DNA of 64,000 bases, from positions 640,001 to 704,000 of the forward strand of contig CBDETY010000003.1 in the NCBI GenBank assembly GCA_965243025.1, read 5' to 3'. Position 1 is the first letter of the stretch. Each line of letters opens with the position of its first letter. The position numbers and the translations under genes were made by a program. Shown piece after piece: positions 45,853-55,588 of this stretch. The DNA is from Candidatus Latescibacterota bacterium. Lineage in GTDB: Bacteria; Latescibacterota; UBA2968; UBA8231. A model generated the notes under the pieces. The model was not told the DNA's origin. It saw only the letters and a list, made by a program, of their open reading frames with translations, and ran no database searches.

Positions 45853-46623
45853 TCAGGCGGACTCCTCGATTCCGAAGGCGCGCATGTACAGGCGGGTGAT
45901 GGCGTTGAGGTTGCCGTAGAAGGCGCGCACCTCCGGGTCGGGGTGGTGGTTGAAGAACATCGGCGGAATGAGCGAATCGTCGGCGAGGTAGGGGCGGTCG
46001 CGGTGGCCGTAGTACACCTGGATCGACTTGCGCTCCCTGCCGGTCTGGCGGACGGTGGCGCGGTGCAGGACCGCCACGTTGAAGAGGCAGACGGTGCCGG
46101 CCGGGCCGTGAACGTCGAAGCAGCCGCGGCGCTCGAGCTGTCCGGCCTTCTCGAGGACCGGCTCGTCGACGGATTCCGGCGAGAGCGAGAAGCAGTGGGT
46201 GGTCTCGTCGACGTCGGTCAGGTAGAGCATGAGCTGGATGTAGTCCATGCGCAGCGGGTGCTCGAGGTAGTGGCCCCGGTCCCGGTGCCATCCGCCGCTG
46301 CCCGGGGCGTCGGCAGGCTCCATGTGGCGGATGCAGAGCTCGCCGAAGCAGACCGGCCCGCCCATCAGCTCGCCGACCGCCCGCAGGATCAGCGGGTGGC
46401 GGACGACCTCGTCGAACTCGGGGGTCGTGCACAGGGCGTCGCAGTTCATGGTCTGGGAACCGCGCTGCGCCCAGCGCAGCGGCGCCCGTTTCCGGTCCTC
46501 GTCGAAGAGCTCGAGGAAGCGCTCGATTTCGGCGGCGGGAAGGAGGTTTTTCAGCAGGACGAAGCCCTGCCGGCGGAAGAACTGATGGTCGGAGTCGGTA
46601 AGCAGGGTCATGAGAAGTGCCAT
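45853..46623 (-). CDS. PhyH family dioxygenase
   Basis: FRRQGFVLL, WHRD, YLTDV, GPAGTVCLFN..LHRA. Confidence 0.85.
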   Translation of the reverse strand: MALLMTLLTDSDHQFFRRQGFVLLKNLLPAAEIERFLELFDEDRKRAPLRWAQRGSQTMNCDALCTTPEFDEVVRHPLILRAVGELMGGPVCFGELCIRHMEPADAPGSGGWHRDRGHYLEHPLRMDYIQLMLYLTDVDETTHCFSLSPESVDEPVLEKAGQLERRGCFDVHGPAGTVCLFNVAVLHRATVRQTGRERKSIQVYYGHRDRPYLADDSLIPPMFFNHHPDPEVRAFYGNLNAITRLYMRAFGIEESA

Positions 46624-46836
46624 GGGTTGGGTGAGGAAGACTGTGGAAGCAGTTCTGGTTTGGCTACTTTTTCAGTTTAAACCCGGACTAGTAAGTTCCC
46701 TTTCCGCCGCGTCTTTTTTACGGCACCGCAATGACGACCGGGCATGGCCGAGGACTCTCCCCCCCTGAGGCCACCCCGCCGCGACCGATCTCCAACGGGA
46801 CCGTCCAATCGCAACACCATTGCCCGAATCCCCTGC

Positions 46837-47427
46837 ATGGCAGAGAACGACAGCGAACTGGTCAGAAGGACGCTCGAGGGCGATTCGAAGGCGTTCGACG
46901 AACTGGTGAAACGGTACGTAAAACTCGTGCACGGCGTGATTTTCGAGGCCGTTCGGCGGTCCGAAGAGGTGGACGATCTCAGCCAGGACGTATTCTGCAA
47001 GGCCTACCTCGAGCTAACCAAGCTCCGGAAGCATTCCAGATTCGCCCCCTGGCTGGCGAGAATGGCGAGCAACGTCTCTACCGACTGGCTTCGAGGTCAT
47101 CAGGTGCGCCGTCGTCCTCAGCTCAAGGGGGTCGTCAGGGAGGGGGTTCTCGACGCCATGCTTCCCGTGACCGGGAGGGAGAAGACCCCGGAACAGAAAC
47201 TGGTGGAAAAAGAGGAACGCGAGGCGTTGATGGAGGCCCTCGACCGCGTCAGGCCGGAGTACCGGAGAGTGCTCATCCTGTTCCACATCGAGGGTTGCTC
47301 GTACGAGCAGATCTGCAGCTTTCTCGGGCTGAGCTTCGCGACGGTGAAGATGCGTCTGTACAAGGGCAAGAAGCTCCTGCGCGAGGAATTCGAAGCCATG
47401 CAGGGCGATTGCGGAAGGATGGAATGA
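46837..47427 (+). CDS. ECF sigma-70 factor
   Basis: DSELVRR..GD..AFDELVKRY, DLSQDVF.KAY, FAPWL, SYEQI..LG....VKMRL. Confidence 0.9.
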   Translation: MAENDSELVRRTLEGDSKAFDELVKRYVKLVHGVIFEAVRRSEEVDDLSQDVFCKAYLELTKLRKHSRFAPWLARMASNVSTDWLRGHQVRRRPQLKGVVREGVLDAMLPVTGREKTPEQKLVEKEEREALMEALDRVRPEYRRVLILFHIEGCSYEQICSFLGLSFATVKMRLYKGKKLLREEFEAMQGDCGRME

Positions 47428-47526
47428 AGGGAATGGAGCGCATGTGAAGTTACCCGGGGGGCCGCAACCTGCGGCGGCCGGGAGCGGAGGTGCAGGGGCC
47501 CGAACCGGAAGGTGCCTGCGACCTTC

Positions 47527-48624
47527 CTACTGCTCCACTCCCAGGCGCACCCAGCGGATGTTGTGAATGCAGTCCTCGAGGCACCAGAAGGCGACGAATA
47601 CGTCCCCGTCCTCGAGCAGGTGAGGGTTCGGAAAGCCGAACTGCAGGCCCGCCAGCTCCTCCGCCGCCCGGCCGTCCCCGAGCATGCGGGAATCCGCCCC
47701 CTGCCAGACCGGGGCCTCGGCTTCGTTGATCCACCCGCCCCCTTCGATCCGCGACACGCAGGCCCACAGTCCGGGCCGGTCGGTCCTGCGCATGAACGAC
47801 ATGACGCGGTTGCCGCCGAGGCCGACGAGCTTGGTGGTTTCCCCCGGTATCTCCGTCGACCCGCGCACGCTGAAATCCCCGCCCTCGGGGGCCAGGGCGA
47901 ACGGCACCTTCGTCACCGTGCGCCCGACCTCCGGGTTGAACGGCCAGGCGACCGCCAGCAGGCCGCCGTCGGGCAGCTCGATCAGGCTCACCTCGTGGTG
48001 GAAAATCTTCCCCTCCGGATCGCTGAACAGCTCGACGCTGTCGGGCCAGGTCGAGCCGCGGTCGTGCGAGACCAGGGCGACCGTCTTCAGGCCGTTGGGG
48101 GCCTCCCCCTCCCAGGTGCGCACCAGTGCGGCGGGCAGGAGCAGGCGGCCGTCCGCGGTCTCCAGCGCCGCGTGGCAGTGCTCCCAGGGCTGCCCGGTGA
48201 TCGCCGGCTCGAAGACCAGCGGTTCGCTCCAGGTCTGGCCGTTGTCGGCGCTGCGGATCGTGAACCACTCGCCGGGGCGGCACCCGTAGGTCTCCGGGTT
48301 CCAGCTCTGCGTCTCCAGGTCCGGCACCTTGCGCTGGCCCACCCCGAGGACGGTGCCGTCCGACAGGCGGCTCAGGCGGATGAAATCGGTGACTTCGGTG
48401 TGGCCGGGCACGAGCCGGCGCGGCTCGCTCCAGGTGCGGCCGCCGTCGTTCGACCTGGCCATGTAGGACCGGTAGTTCGCCGCGGAGATCGCCTCGGCGA
48501 GGTCGAAGCCGGCGAGCATCACGCCGCCGCCGAGGGGAACGATGGTCGGGTGCCAGGCGTGGACCGACCTGAGGTAGGGTTTCGGGTTGCGGTAGACGAG
48601 TCCTGTCGATTTGACCTCGATCAA
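47527..48624 (-). CDS. Sialidase/BNR-repeat family protein
   Basis: Asp boxes SNDGGRTW, SADNGQTW, SHDRGSTW. Confidence 0.8.
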   Translation of the reverse strand: MIEVKSTGLVYRNPKPYLRSVHAWHPTIVPLGGGVMLAGFDLAEAISAANYRSYMARSNDGGRTWSEPRRLVPGHTEVTDFIRLSRLSDGTVLGVGQRKVPDLETQSWNPETYGCRPGEWFTIRSADNGQTWSEPLVFEPAITGQPWEHCHAALETADGRLLLPAALVRTWEGEAPNGLKTVALVSHDRGSTWPDSVELFSDPEGKIFHHEVSLIELPDGGLLAVAWPFNPEVGRTVTKVPFALAPEGGDFSVRGSTEIPGETTKLVGLGGNRVMSFMRRTDRPGLWACVSRIEGGGWINEAEAPVWQGADSRMLGDGRAAEELAGLQFGFPNPHLLEDGDVFVAFWCLEDCIHNIRWVRLGVEQ

Positions 48625-48727
48625 TGGGGTTTCTCCTGAAAACGGATCGCCGGAAATCCAAGCCGCCGGTCCTGAAAAAGGGTACTGCCGCGGACTGCCA
48701 GGTGCCCGGCGCCTGGACGCGCACGCT

Positions 48728-49936
48728 TCAGTCCCGGAACGGATCGTACTCCTCGGCCCCTGCCATCGCCACCCCGATCGGTTTCAGGGTGTGCAGGATG
48801 CGGATGCCCGCGGAGTGGTACTCCAGCACCTCCGGCAGGCGCTTGTAGCAGTGGGGGGACTCGTCGGTTCCGGCGCCGCGCAGCTCCACCCCTTCGCGGG
48901 ACACCCACTCCATCATCATCTGCCGGCTGACGGCTCCCCCCTCGGCCTTCCTCTGTTTCTTCCCGGCCCGGCGGCGCGCCCGTTTCCAGCGCCGCTTGCC
49001 GGCGGCCGCGGTCCGCGACATCACCCGCCCGGCGCCGTGAACGGTGGAGTACATCGACCGGGCGCTCTCCTCCCCGTCGACCCCCTCGACGATAACGGAG
49101 ATGTCCCCCATCGAGCCGCCGATGAAGCCGCGCTGCCCCGGGAACGCCGGGGTGGCCCCCTTGCGCACCACCCACAGCTCCTCGCCGAAATGCTCCTCCT
49201 CCCAGGCGAAGTTGTGGTGGTTGTGGACCTCGTCGAGGATGTTGCAGCGCAGCAGTGAGGCGACCTTGGCGCACACCCAGTCGCGGCCGGCATAGGCGTA
49301 GCGGCCGGCGAGCTTCATGCAGGCGACGTACTCCTGGCCGAGCTGGGAGCCGGTGCCCAGAAGCACGGGATCGACGTCGATTCCCTCCCTGCCGCCGCCC
49401 GCCCTGATGAAGTGGGTCGCCAGCTTGTGGCCGAGGCCGCGCGAGCCGAAGTGCACCCCGCACCAGACGCGCCGTTCCTCGTCGAGAAAGAGATCGACGT
49501 AGTGGTTGCCGGAGCCGATGGTTCCCAGCTGGCCCTGCGCCAGGGACTTGAGCCTGCCGGCGACCTCGATGTCCCAGGCCGGGTCGTCGCGGAACAGCTC
49601 GTGCTCCACCGGTTCGTCGTTCTTGCGGCCGATGCCGAAGGAGAGGGTCTCCCAGATCTCGTCCATGACCGCGGCGATTTCCGAGGTGACGAGATCGGGG
49701 TCGGCGTCGAGCAGGACCGCCTTGTTGCCGCAGCTGATGTCGTAGCCGACGCCGGAGGGACTGACGGCGTCGCGGTAGGCGGCCACCCCGCCGATCGGCA
49801 TGGAGTAGCCGAGGTGGTGATCGGCCATGAGCGCGGTGTGCTCGGCGCTGCGGGCGCAGTTGACGATCTGCCGCACCGCGTTGTCGAGCGGTTCTCCCCA
49901 GACCGGTACGCCTTCGATTTCAGTGTGGGTTTTCAA
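48728..49936 (-). CDS. rtcB: RtcB family RNA ligase
   Basis: GVGYDISCG, GSGNHY, HFGSRG, HNF, RKGA, HGAGR. Confidence 0.92.
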   Translation of the reverse strand: MKTHTEIEGVPVWGEPLDNAVRQIVNCARSAEHTALMADHHLGYSMPIGGVAAYRDAVSPSGVGYDISCGNKAVLLDADPDLVTSEIAAVMDEIWETLSFGIGRKNDEPVEHELFRDDPAWDIEVAGRLKSLAQGQLGTIGSGNHYVDLFLDEERRVWCGVHFGSRGLGHKLATHFIRAGGGREGIDVDPVLLGTGSQLGQEYVACMKLAGRYAYAGRDWVCAKVASLLRCNILDEVHNHHNFAWEEEHFGEELWVVRKGATPAFPGQRGFIGGSMGDISVIVEGVDGEESARSMYSTVHGAGRVMSRTAAAGKRRWKRARRRAGKKQRKAEGGAVSRQMMMEWVSREGVELRGAGTDESPHCYKRLPEVLEYHSAGIRILHTLKPIGVAMAGAEEYDPFRD

Positions 49937-49960
49937 ACTGCTGGTCCGGCTGGATTAGCG

Positions 49961-50785
49961 CTACGCCGTTTCCCGCCTGCCCAGCTCGGCCTTGCGCTCG
50001 ACGAACTCCCGCGGCGGAGGCGTCAGGATGGCGCGCTTGCGCTCGTCCACCCCTTCCCATGAGTCGGCGCCGGTCGGGCTGAAGAAGTTGTCGGGTCCGG
50101 AGTAGGCCTCCCCCCGCTCGGTGTACTTGTAGAAGAGGGTGGTCCGTGTGCTCGGCGCGGTCCAGGGCAGGGTGACGTGGAAAAGGGCCTCGGTGAAGAC
50201 GATGGCGGTGCCGGCAGGGGCGGGCACCCGGGTGACCATCGGATGCACCCCTTTGGCCAGGTCGACCCATGTTTCGGGGACCGGCAGATGTCCCTTGTGC
50301 GAGCCGGCCAGGCATCCGAAACCGCCGCCGTTGCAGACCGTGTCCTCCAGCTCGTAGGCCACGGTCACCAGACCGTTGGAATAAGCTCCGGTCTCGGGAT
50401 CGCGCGCGAAGTAGATGGGCGTCAGCTCATGCGGCCGGTCCGGATTCAGCAGGCGTCCGTTGCCGCCGTGGAGGCGCCCCCCGGCGAGGTTCTTGTTGAA
50501 GGTGCCGTGGGTGTGGACGTTGATGTGGTCGATGCGGAAGGGAGGGAGTCCTTCTGGCCGCCGGCCCCCGAATATCTCTTCCAGGATGTCGGAGACCACC
50601 GGGACGTCGAGCAGATCGACGAACGCCTGGGACCAGAAACCGCCCCGGTCGGGGTGCTGAGAGTAGAGCTCCGGGCCCCGTGCGTCGACAGTGGCCTTCA
50701 GCTCCGCGACCTGCCCGGGGGTAATCGCATCCTCAACGGTGAGGAAACCCCAGGTGTCGAAGGCGAAGCGCTGTTCTTCGTCCAT
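49961..50785 (-). CDS. PhyH-like Fe(II)/2OG enzyme with HxG motif
   Basis: FDTWGFL, LHGG, GFGCLAGSHK, AGTAIVFTEALFH..W..R. Confidence 0.8.
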   Translation of the reverse strand: MDEEQRFAFDTWGFLTVEDAITPGQVAELKATVDARGPELYSQHPDRGGFWSQAFVDLLDVPVVSDILEEIFGGRRPEGLPPFRIDHINVHTHGTFNKNLAGGRLHGGNGRLLNPDRPHELTPIYFARDPETGAYSNGLVTVAYELEDTVCNGGGFGCLAGSHKGHLPVPETWVDLAKGVHPMVTRVPAPAGTAIVFTEALFHVTLPWTAPSTRTTLFYKYTERGEAYSGPDNFFSPTGADSWEGVDERKRAILTPPPREFVERKAELGRRETA

Positions 50786-51269
50786 GGTTGAACCAGTCTC
50801 CTCACAAATAGGTCAATGGTTTCCTGCCCCTGTCAGCGGTCCGGACCGACCGGCAAACTTCAGGGATATGCCCGTGTCCGCAAGGGCCCGGGGGACAATC
50901 GGGATCCGGGACCCGCGGCGAGGCCAGGCGCTGGTGCGAGGTGGGAAAGGGGGGAATCAGGGACGGGTATTTTGCGGAAGGCAGGTGCGTTCCGGCGGGC
51001 GGAGCAGGCAGGTTTCCATCCGGCGGCCGGCCAGAGGCGAAGGCTGGCGAACTGACTGCGGAAGTCGGGGGCGCTGTCCGAGGTTCATGCAAACGCCTCC
51101 TGCGCCGGCGGCATACAGGGCCGGCACAGGAAGCGGGGGGTACTCAAGGCACTTTCGAACGACTCGGCGAGATCGCAAGCGGAATCGGGAACATGACCCT
51201 CCCCTGGAGCACACCCCGCACCGCGAAAAGCGTTTCGACGAAAGTACCTCGGGGTACCGGTACTTCGAT

Positions 51270-51602
51270 TCAACCCTTCAGGCGGTTGATCGCCCTCGTG
51301 ACCAGAACGGTAACGGCGCCGGCGAACAGGGCGATGACGGCCTGGTCGAGGATGGCGTCCAGCCGGTCGCCAACCATCGCGAGAATATCCTGGTCCAGCA
51401 CGTTCATGCTGGCTGCACCCCCGGCGGCAAGGGTGACGACCAGGTATGCGGTCGCGTCCTCGGCATCGACCCCCAATGACCCGTACACCAGGCCGAGAAT
51501 GACCAGCGCGAGGGTCAGAATGCCCCCTCCGATCGGATCGCCCGCCAGGCCCTGGATGATGGCCAGCAGGGTGATCAGGGCAACGATGATTCTGACTGCC
51601 AT
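51270..51602 (-). CDS. Small membrane protein (about 4 TM)
   Basis: 110 aa, hydrophobic, AGGAGG RBS. Confidence 0.75.
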   Translation of the reverse strand: MAVRIIVALITLLAIIQGLAGDPIGGGILTLALVILGLVYGSLGVDAEDATAYLVVTLAAGGAASMNVLDQDILAMVGDRLDAILDQAVIALFAGAVTVLVTRAINRLKG

Positions 51603-51986
51603 TTCTTCCTCCTGCGATTTGCGGTGCCACTTCCAGCGCCCCGCCCCCCCGTGGCGATCACGGAAGTATTCGGAGCCGCGGGATTCGTGCCACCAGTGGG
51701 GAAAAAACTTCCTCAGAAATCGGACTTCATGCGGTTCCGCAGCCGACCGCGGACGGGCGGCTGGTGCATGTCGACAACTCGTTCAGGCAACCTGGCATGG
51801 ACCGGCTGCCGCGATCGCTTTCCTGACCAGCGAACTCTGATGAATATGGTTGAGAGGTACGTTATTTTCGGGCGCCTATCAAGGAAATTCTGGGGGCCCT
51901 CCCGGTAGGGGGAGATAGGCGCGATTGCCGGGTGAAACCCCAACCTGTTGTGGTGCCCCGGAATCCCCCGCACCTCGAGAAACCCT

Positions 51987-52706
51987 GTGCGGATCAGCGA
52001 ATTTCCCGTCCTGACCTTCGACACCTATGGCACCCTGATCGACTGGGAGACCGGAATCTGGGAGGCCCTGCAACCGCTCTGCTCGCGTCTGGCCGAACCG
52101 CCGGCCCGGGAGGAGGCCCTGGCGGCCTTCGCGCAGGCGGAATCCGCATGCCAGGAGGCGGCGCCCGGAATGCTCTACGCGGATGTCCTGGCTGCAACCC
52201 ACCGCACCCTCGCCCAGGGCTGGGGAGTCGAAGCGGACGATGCCGGGAGCGTCCGCTTCGGCCGGTCGGTCGGTGACTGGCCGGCCTTCGAGGACGCGGC
52301 CGATTCGCTGGCTTATCTGAAAAACCACCACCGGCTGGTCACCCTGACCAACTGCGACCGCGCCAGCTATCCGGGCAGCGCCGCCCGGCTCCGGAATCCC
52401 TGGGATGCGGTCCTCACCGCAGAAGAGATCGGCTCGTACAAGCCGGCGGCGGCCAACTTCGAGTACCTGCTCGAACGGGTGAAAGCGGACTTCGGCTGCG
52501 GGCCCGAAGACATTCTGCATGTCGCGCAGAGCCTCTTCCACGACCACGTGCCCGCAAAGAGGACGGGACTGGCGACCGCCTGGATCGACCGGCGCGCCGG
52601 CCGCGGCGGCGGGGCGACCGCCCCGCCCCGGGAGGAGGTGAGGCCCGATTTCCGGTTCGCGAGCATGGAGGAATTGGTTGCCCGGCACCGGGGGGAGCGA
52701 GGCTGA
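51987..52706 (+). CDS. HAD-superfamily hydrolase, haloacid dehalogenase type II-like
   Basis: TFDTYGTLIDWE, LTNCD, IGSYKP, LHVAQSLFHDH. Confidence 0.9.
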   Translation: MRISEFPVLTFDTYGTLIDWETGIWEALQPLCSRLAEPPAREEALAAFAQAESACQEAAPGMLYADVLAATHRTLAQGWGVEADDAGSVRFGRSVGDWPAFEDAADSLAYLKNHHRLVTLTNCDRASYPGSAARLRNPWDAVLTAEEIGSYKPAAANFEYLLERVKADFGCGPEDILHVAQSLFHDHVPAKRTGLATAWIDRRAGRGGGATAPPREEVRPDFRFASMEELVARHRGERG

Positions 52707-52844
52707 AATCGGGAAATCACTGCCGCAGGAAGAAACGGGGATTCAGGCGGCCATCCGGTCAGGCTCCGAAATCAAAGAGCCGCCGAGCCTGACCGTTCCG
52801 CTTGCAGTATTCGCTCCCGCTCAGATCGTGCGCATCCGCTTGAG

Positions 52845-54026
52845 CTACCAGCCTTTCCAGCTCCCGTCTTCGTGGCGGTACTGGCGGTACTCCATCGGCA
52901 CGTGGGGGAGCTTGGCGATGTCCGCCTCTTTCACCTCGACCCCGAGCCCGGGCCCCCCGGGAGTGTTGACGTACCCCCCTTCGATGCGCAGGTCGTGCTC
53001 CATGTACCTGGCGAAGTGCTGCAGCTGGTGGGATTCCTGGATCAGGAAGTTGGGGGTCGCCGCGTCGGCGTGCAGGGAGGCGACGTACAGCAGTCCCCCG
53101 ACCCCGAGATGGGGGGCCATCAGGATCTGCTGCTGCTCCGCATGGCGGGCGATCTCCATGTAGCTGCCCAGGCCGAAGCTGTGTCCGATGTCGGGCTGCA
53201 GGAAGGAGACGGCCCGCGCCCGGATGAGCGGCTCGAACCCGGGCAGGTCGAAGATCTTCTCCCCCGTGGCGATCGACACCGGGCTGTTGCGCGAGACGTC
53301 GAGGAGCGCTTCGAGCGATCCGACCTTGCAGGGTTCCTCGAGAAAGAGCGGGCGGTACGGGGCGACGCGGCGGGCGTACTCGATCGACAGCTCGGGATGG
53401 GGGCTGCCGTGGGTGTCGAGCATGATGTCGAACCCGGGACCGGCCGCCTTGCGGATGGCGGCGACCACCGATGTGCTGTTGGCCAGGGCCTGCTCGTCCA
53501 TCGCCCACAGCCGCTCCTCGAGCGGATTGCCCTTGACCCCGGCGTATCCGGCGGCCTGCACCTTCAGGGCCGAGGCGGCCGCGGCGTCCGGGCTGCTGAA
53601 GTCGCCGCCGCTGTACACGCGGATGCGGTCGCGGCGGGCACCTCCGAGAAGGGTGTGGACGGGGACTCCCCAGGCCTTGCCGGCGAGATCGTGGAGGGCG
53701 ATGTCGACCGCGGCGACCGCGGTGCCGGGCACGGCCCCTCCTTTCCATGGACTGCGGTTCTGCAGGTCGTCGGTGATCGCGGCGATCCCCAGGGGATCCC
53801 GGCCCACCAGCAGCGGTTCCCAGTCGCGCAGCATCGCCTCTACCGGTGAGGTGAGCCATTCCCCGGAGCCTTCCCCCCAGCCGGAGATTCCCGCGTCGGT
53901 CTCGATCTTGAGGAAGAGCCAGTCCTTGGCAGGGGAAGCCGGCAGCAGCTCGCCCCGTTCGCCGTTGATGGTCTGGCCTTCGCCGACGTGGGTGAACTTG
54001 TAGATCCTGATGCCGGTGATCTTCAT
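52845..54026 (-). CDS. Enolase-superfamily acid-sugar dehydratase (DgoD-like)
   Basis: KIETDAGISGWGE, DIALHDLAGK, MLDTHG, FLEEP, ATGE, LQPD, GPGLG. Confidence 0.85.
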   Translation of the reverse strand: MKITGIRIYKFTHVGEGQTINGERGELLPASPAKDWLFLKIETDAGISGWGEGSGEWLTSPVEAMLRDWEPLLVGRDPLGIAAITDDLQNRSPWKGGAVPGTAVAAVDIALHDLAGKAWGVPVHTLLGGARRDRIRVYSGGDFSSPDAAAASALKVQAAGYAGVKGNPLEERLWAMDEQALANSTSVVAAIRKAAGPGFDIMLDTHGSPHPELSIEYARRVAPYRPLFLEEPCKVGSLEALLDVSRNSPVSIATGEKIFDLPGFEPLIRARAVSFLQPDIGHSFGLGSYMEIARHAEQQQILMAPHLGVGGLLYVASLHADAATPNFLIQESHQLQHFARYMEHDLRIEGGYVNTPGGPGLGVEVKEADIAKLPHVPMEYRQYRHEDGSWKGW

Positions 54027-54144
54027 GGTGGATCCTGTGATCGGCTCCTTAACCGAATGCCAAATTGTTTTGGGCCGTCATCGGCTGGGTTTCGCGGAAT
54101 CGCAACGGGTTGGCCGGGGCCGGTCGGTGGCCGAAGGTGACCGG

Positions 54145-54570
54145 TCAATCCGGCTGCTGCTCTTGTTGCTCGAGGGCGGCAATACGGCGGGCAAACTCGG
54201 CGATTGGCTCGAGATCCCGGATCGCCCCGACAACCTGCTCGTAGTCGAGAGAGACGTACTCGTGAATGAGGATGTTGCGGAAGCCCGGGAGGCGGGCGAG
54301 GCGATCGACGAGCTCCTGCGGGAACTCCTCCCAGGCCGACAGGTTCCTCACGGCCTCGGTGTAATCCTCGAAACGCAGCCCGCGGCGCGCACCGAGTTCC
54401 CCGGCGATGTCGATGACGAGCTGAGACGCAGTCAACAAGGAGAAAAGGACGTCGTTGTGGAGGCTCAGGTCGTCCCGAAGTGATGCGGGCCCCTCGACCT
54501 TCGGTTCCAGCATGCGCAGGTGGTCGAGGTGTTTGCGCAGCTCGGCGAGCCGCTCTACCAACCAGGTCAC
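54145..54570 (-). CDS. HEPN/DUF86 RNase toxin (HepT-like)
   Basis: GFRNILIHEY (RX4H motif followed by Y); overlaps the MNT stop. Confidence 0.88.
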   Translation of the reverse strand: MTWLVERLAELRKHLDHLRMLEPKVEGPASLRDDLSLHNDVLFSLLTASQLVIDIAGELGARRGLRFEDYTEAVRNLSAWEEFPQELVDRLARLPGFRNILIHEYVSLDYEQVVGAIRDLEPIAEFARRIAALEQQEQQPD

Positions 54571-55013
54571 GAGGAAAGAGCCCCGAGCTTTATCTGCCGC
54601 ATTCGGCGCAGGAACGGCTCGAGATCGGCGGCGCGCAGCTGGACGTCCCGGAAAAAGGCGTGATCCGCCTCGGGGTCGGCCACGTACACCCGAATTCCCT
54701 CCGTGACTGCGTGGCGTCCGAGGCCCGGGGGTACGTCGTTGAGGATGACGAGGTCGACGTCGTTGTTCCTCAGAACGTGGATCAGCTCCGCGGTGAGCCG
54801 GACCCGTTCCCCGGATCGTTGCTGGCGCGAGGGAAAGCGGGCGCGGTCCAACAGCACCGCGACGTCGACGTCGCTTTCGGCATGCGCCTGTCCCCGGGCG
54901 GCGCTTCCGTAGAGATAGGCCGAGGCCACTCCTGCCGGCCGCACCCGGTGGAAGTAATCACGCAAGGCGCTTTCATGCGTTTGGGTGTCGGTTGTGTGTT
55001 TGGGGCGGCTCAT
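54567..55013 (-). CDS. Minimal nucleotidyltransferase antitoxin (MntA-like)
   Basis: YLYGSAARG..SDVDVAV..VDLVILN; likely start MSRPK at 55013. Confidence 0.85.
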   Translation of the reverse strand: MSRPKHTTDTQTHESALRDYFHRVRPAGVASAYLYGSAARGQAHAESDVDVAVLLDRARFPSRQQRSGERVRLTAELIHVLRNNDVDLVILNDVPPGLGRHAVTEGIRVYVADPEADHAFFRDVQLRAADLEPFLRRMRQIKLGALSS

Positions 55014-55145
55014 TTTCGCGTCCTCAGATTCCGCCAGAATATAAGCCCCCGCCCGAGGGAGTTCTTGAGGATGAGGCCGGCATTTTTGATAGTCTCCTGG
55101 CCTCTGTCCGGGCAGATTGGGCGATCCGACCGTCCCCAACGGCTC

Positions 55146-55420
55146 ACCGTTGACGACGTAGAGATCGAGCCAGCCGTCGTCGTCGTAATCGAAGAACGCC
55201 GCCCCGCTGCCGTTGGCCTCGAGAATGAACCGCTTCTCGACGCCTCCGAAGGTGTTGGTGAGGCTCCGAAGTCCGGCCTCCGCCGTGCGGTCGACGAACC
55301 GGGGTTGGCTCCATAGCGGGAAGGCGCCCAGGATCAGTCCGGGAAAGAACGGGGTTAGGCTGCGAAACAAGTCGATACCTCCGTATCGCAGGGTCAGACC
55401 CTTGAGAACCCAGGCGGTGA
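55146..55420 (-). pseudogene. Juxtaposed fragments of a DUF6784-like membrane protein C-terminus and a CRTAC1/ASPIC-UnbV N-terminus
   Basis: WVLKGLTLRYGGIDLFRSLTPFFPGLILG followed by FVDRTAEAGL..GSGAAFFDYDDDGWLDLYVVNG. Confidence 0.55.
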
Positions 55421-55588
55421 AGATCGCCGGCAGTCCCTGTAATGTTCCCCGGAAACCGGACAGTCGGTCAAGGGGCATTACTTGAGAAATCCTCCCTGTC
55501 CAGAGGATAGCCGATGGCCGGGAAACACACCTTTCACTTCCCGCAGTCCAAGGCCAAAGACCCGGCTCGCGCGATGGGTGCGCGTGGT

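Noticed and set aside
50786-51269. Riboswitch in the long intergenic region
   Set aside because: No recognisable cobalamin, TPP, SAM or glycine consensus by eye
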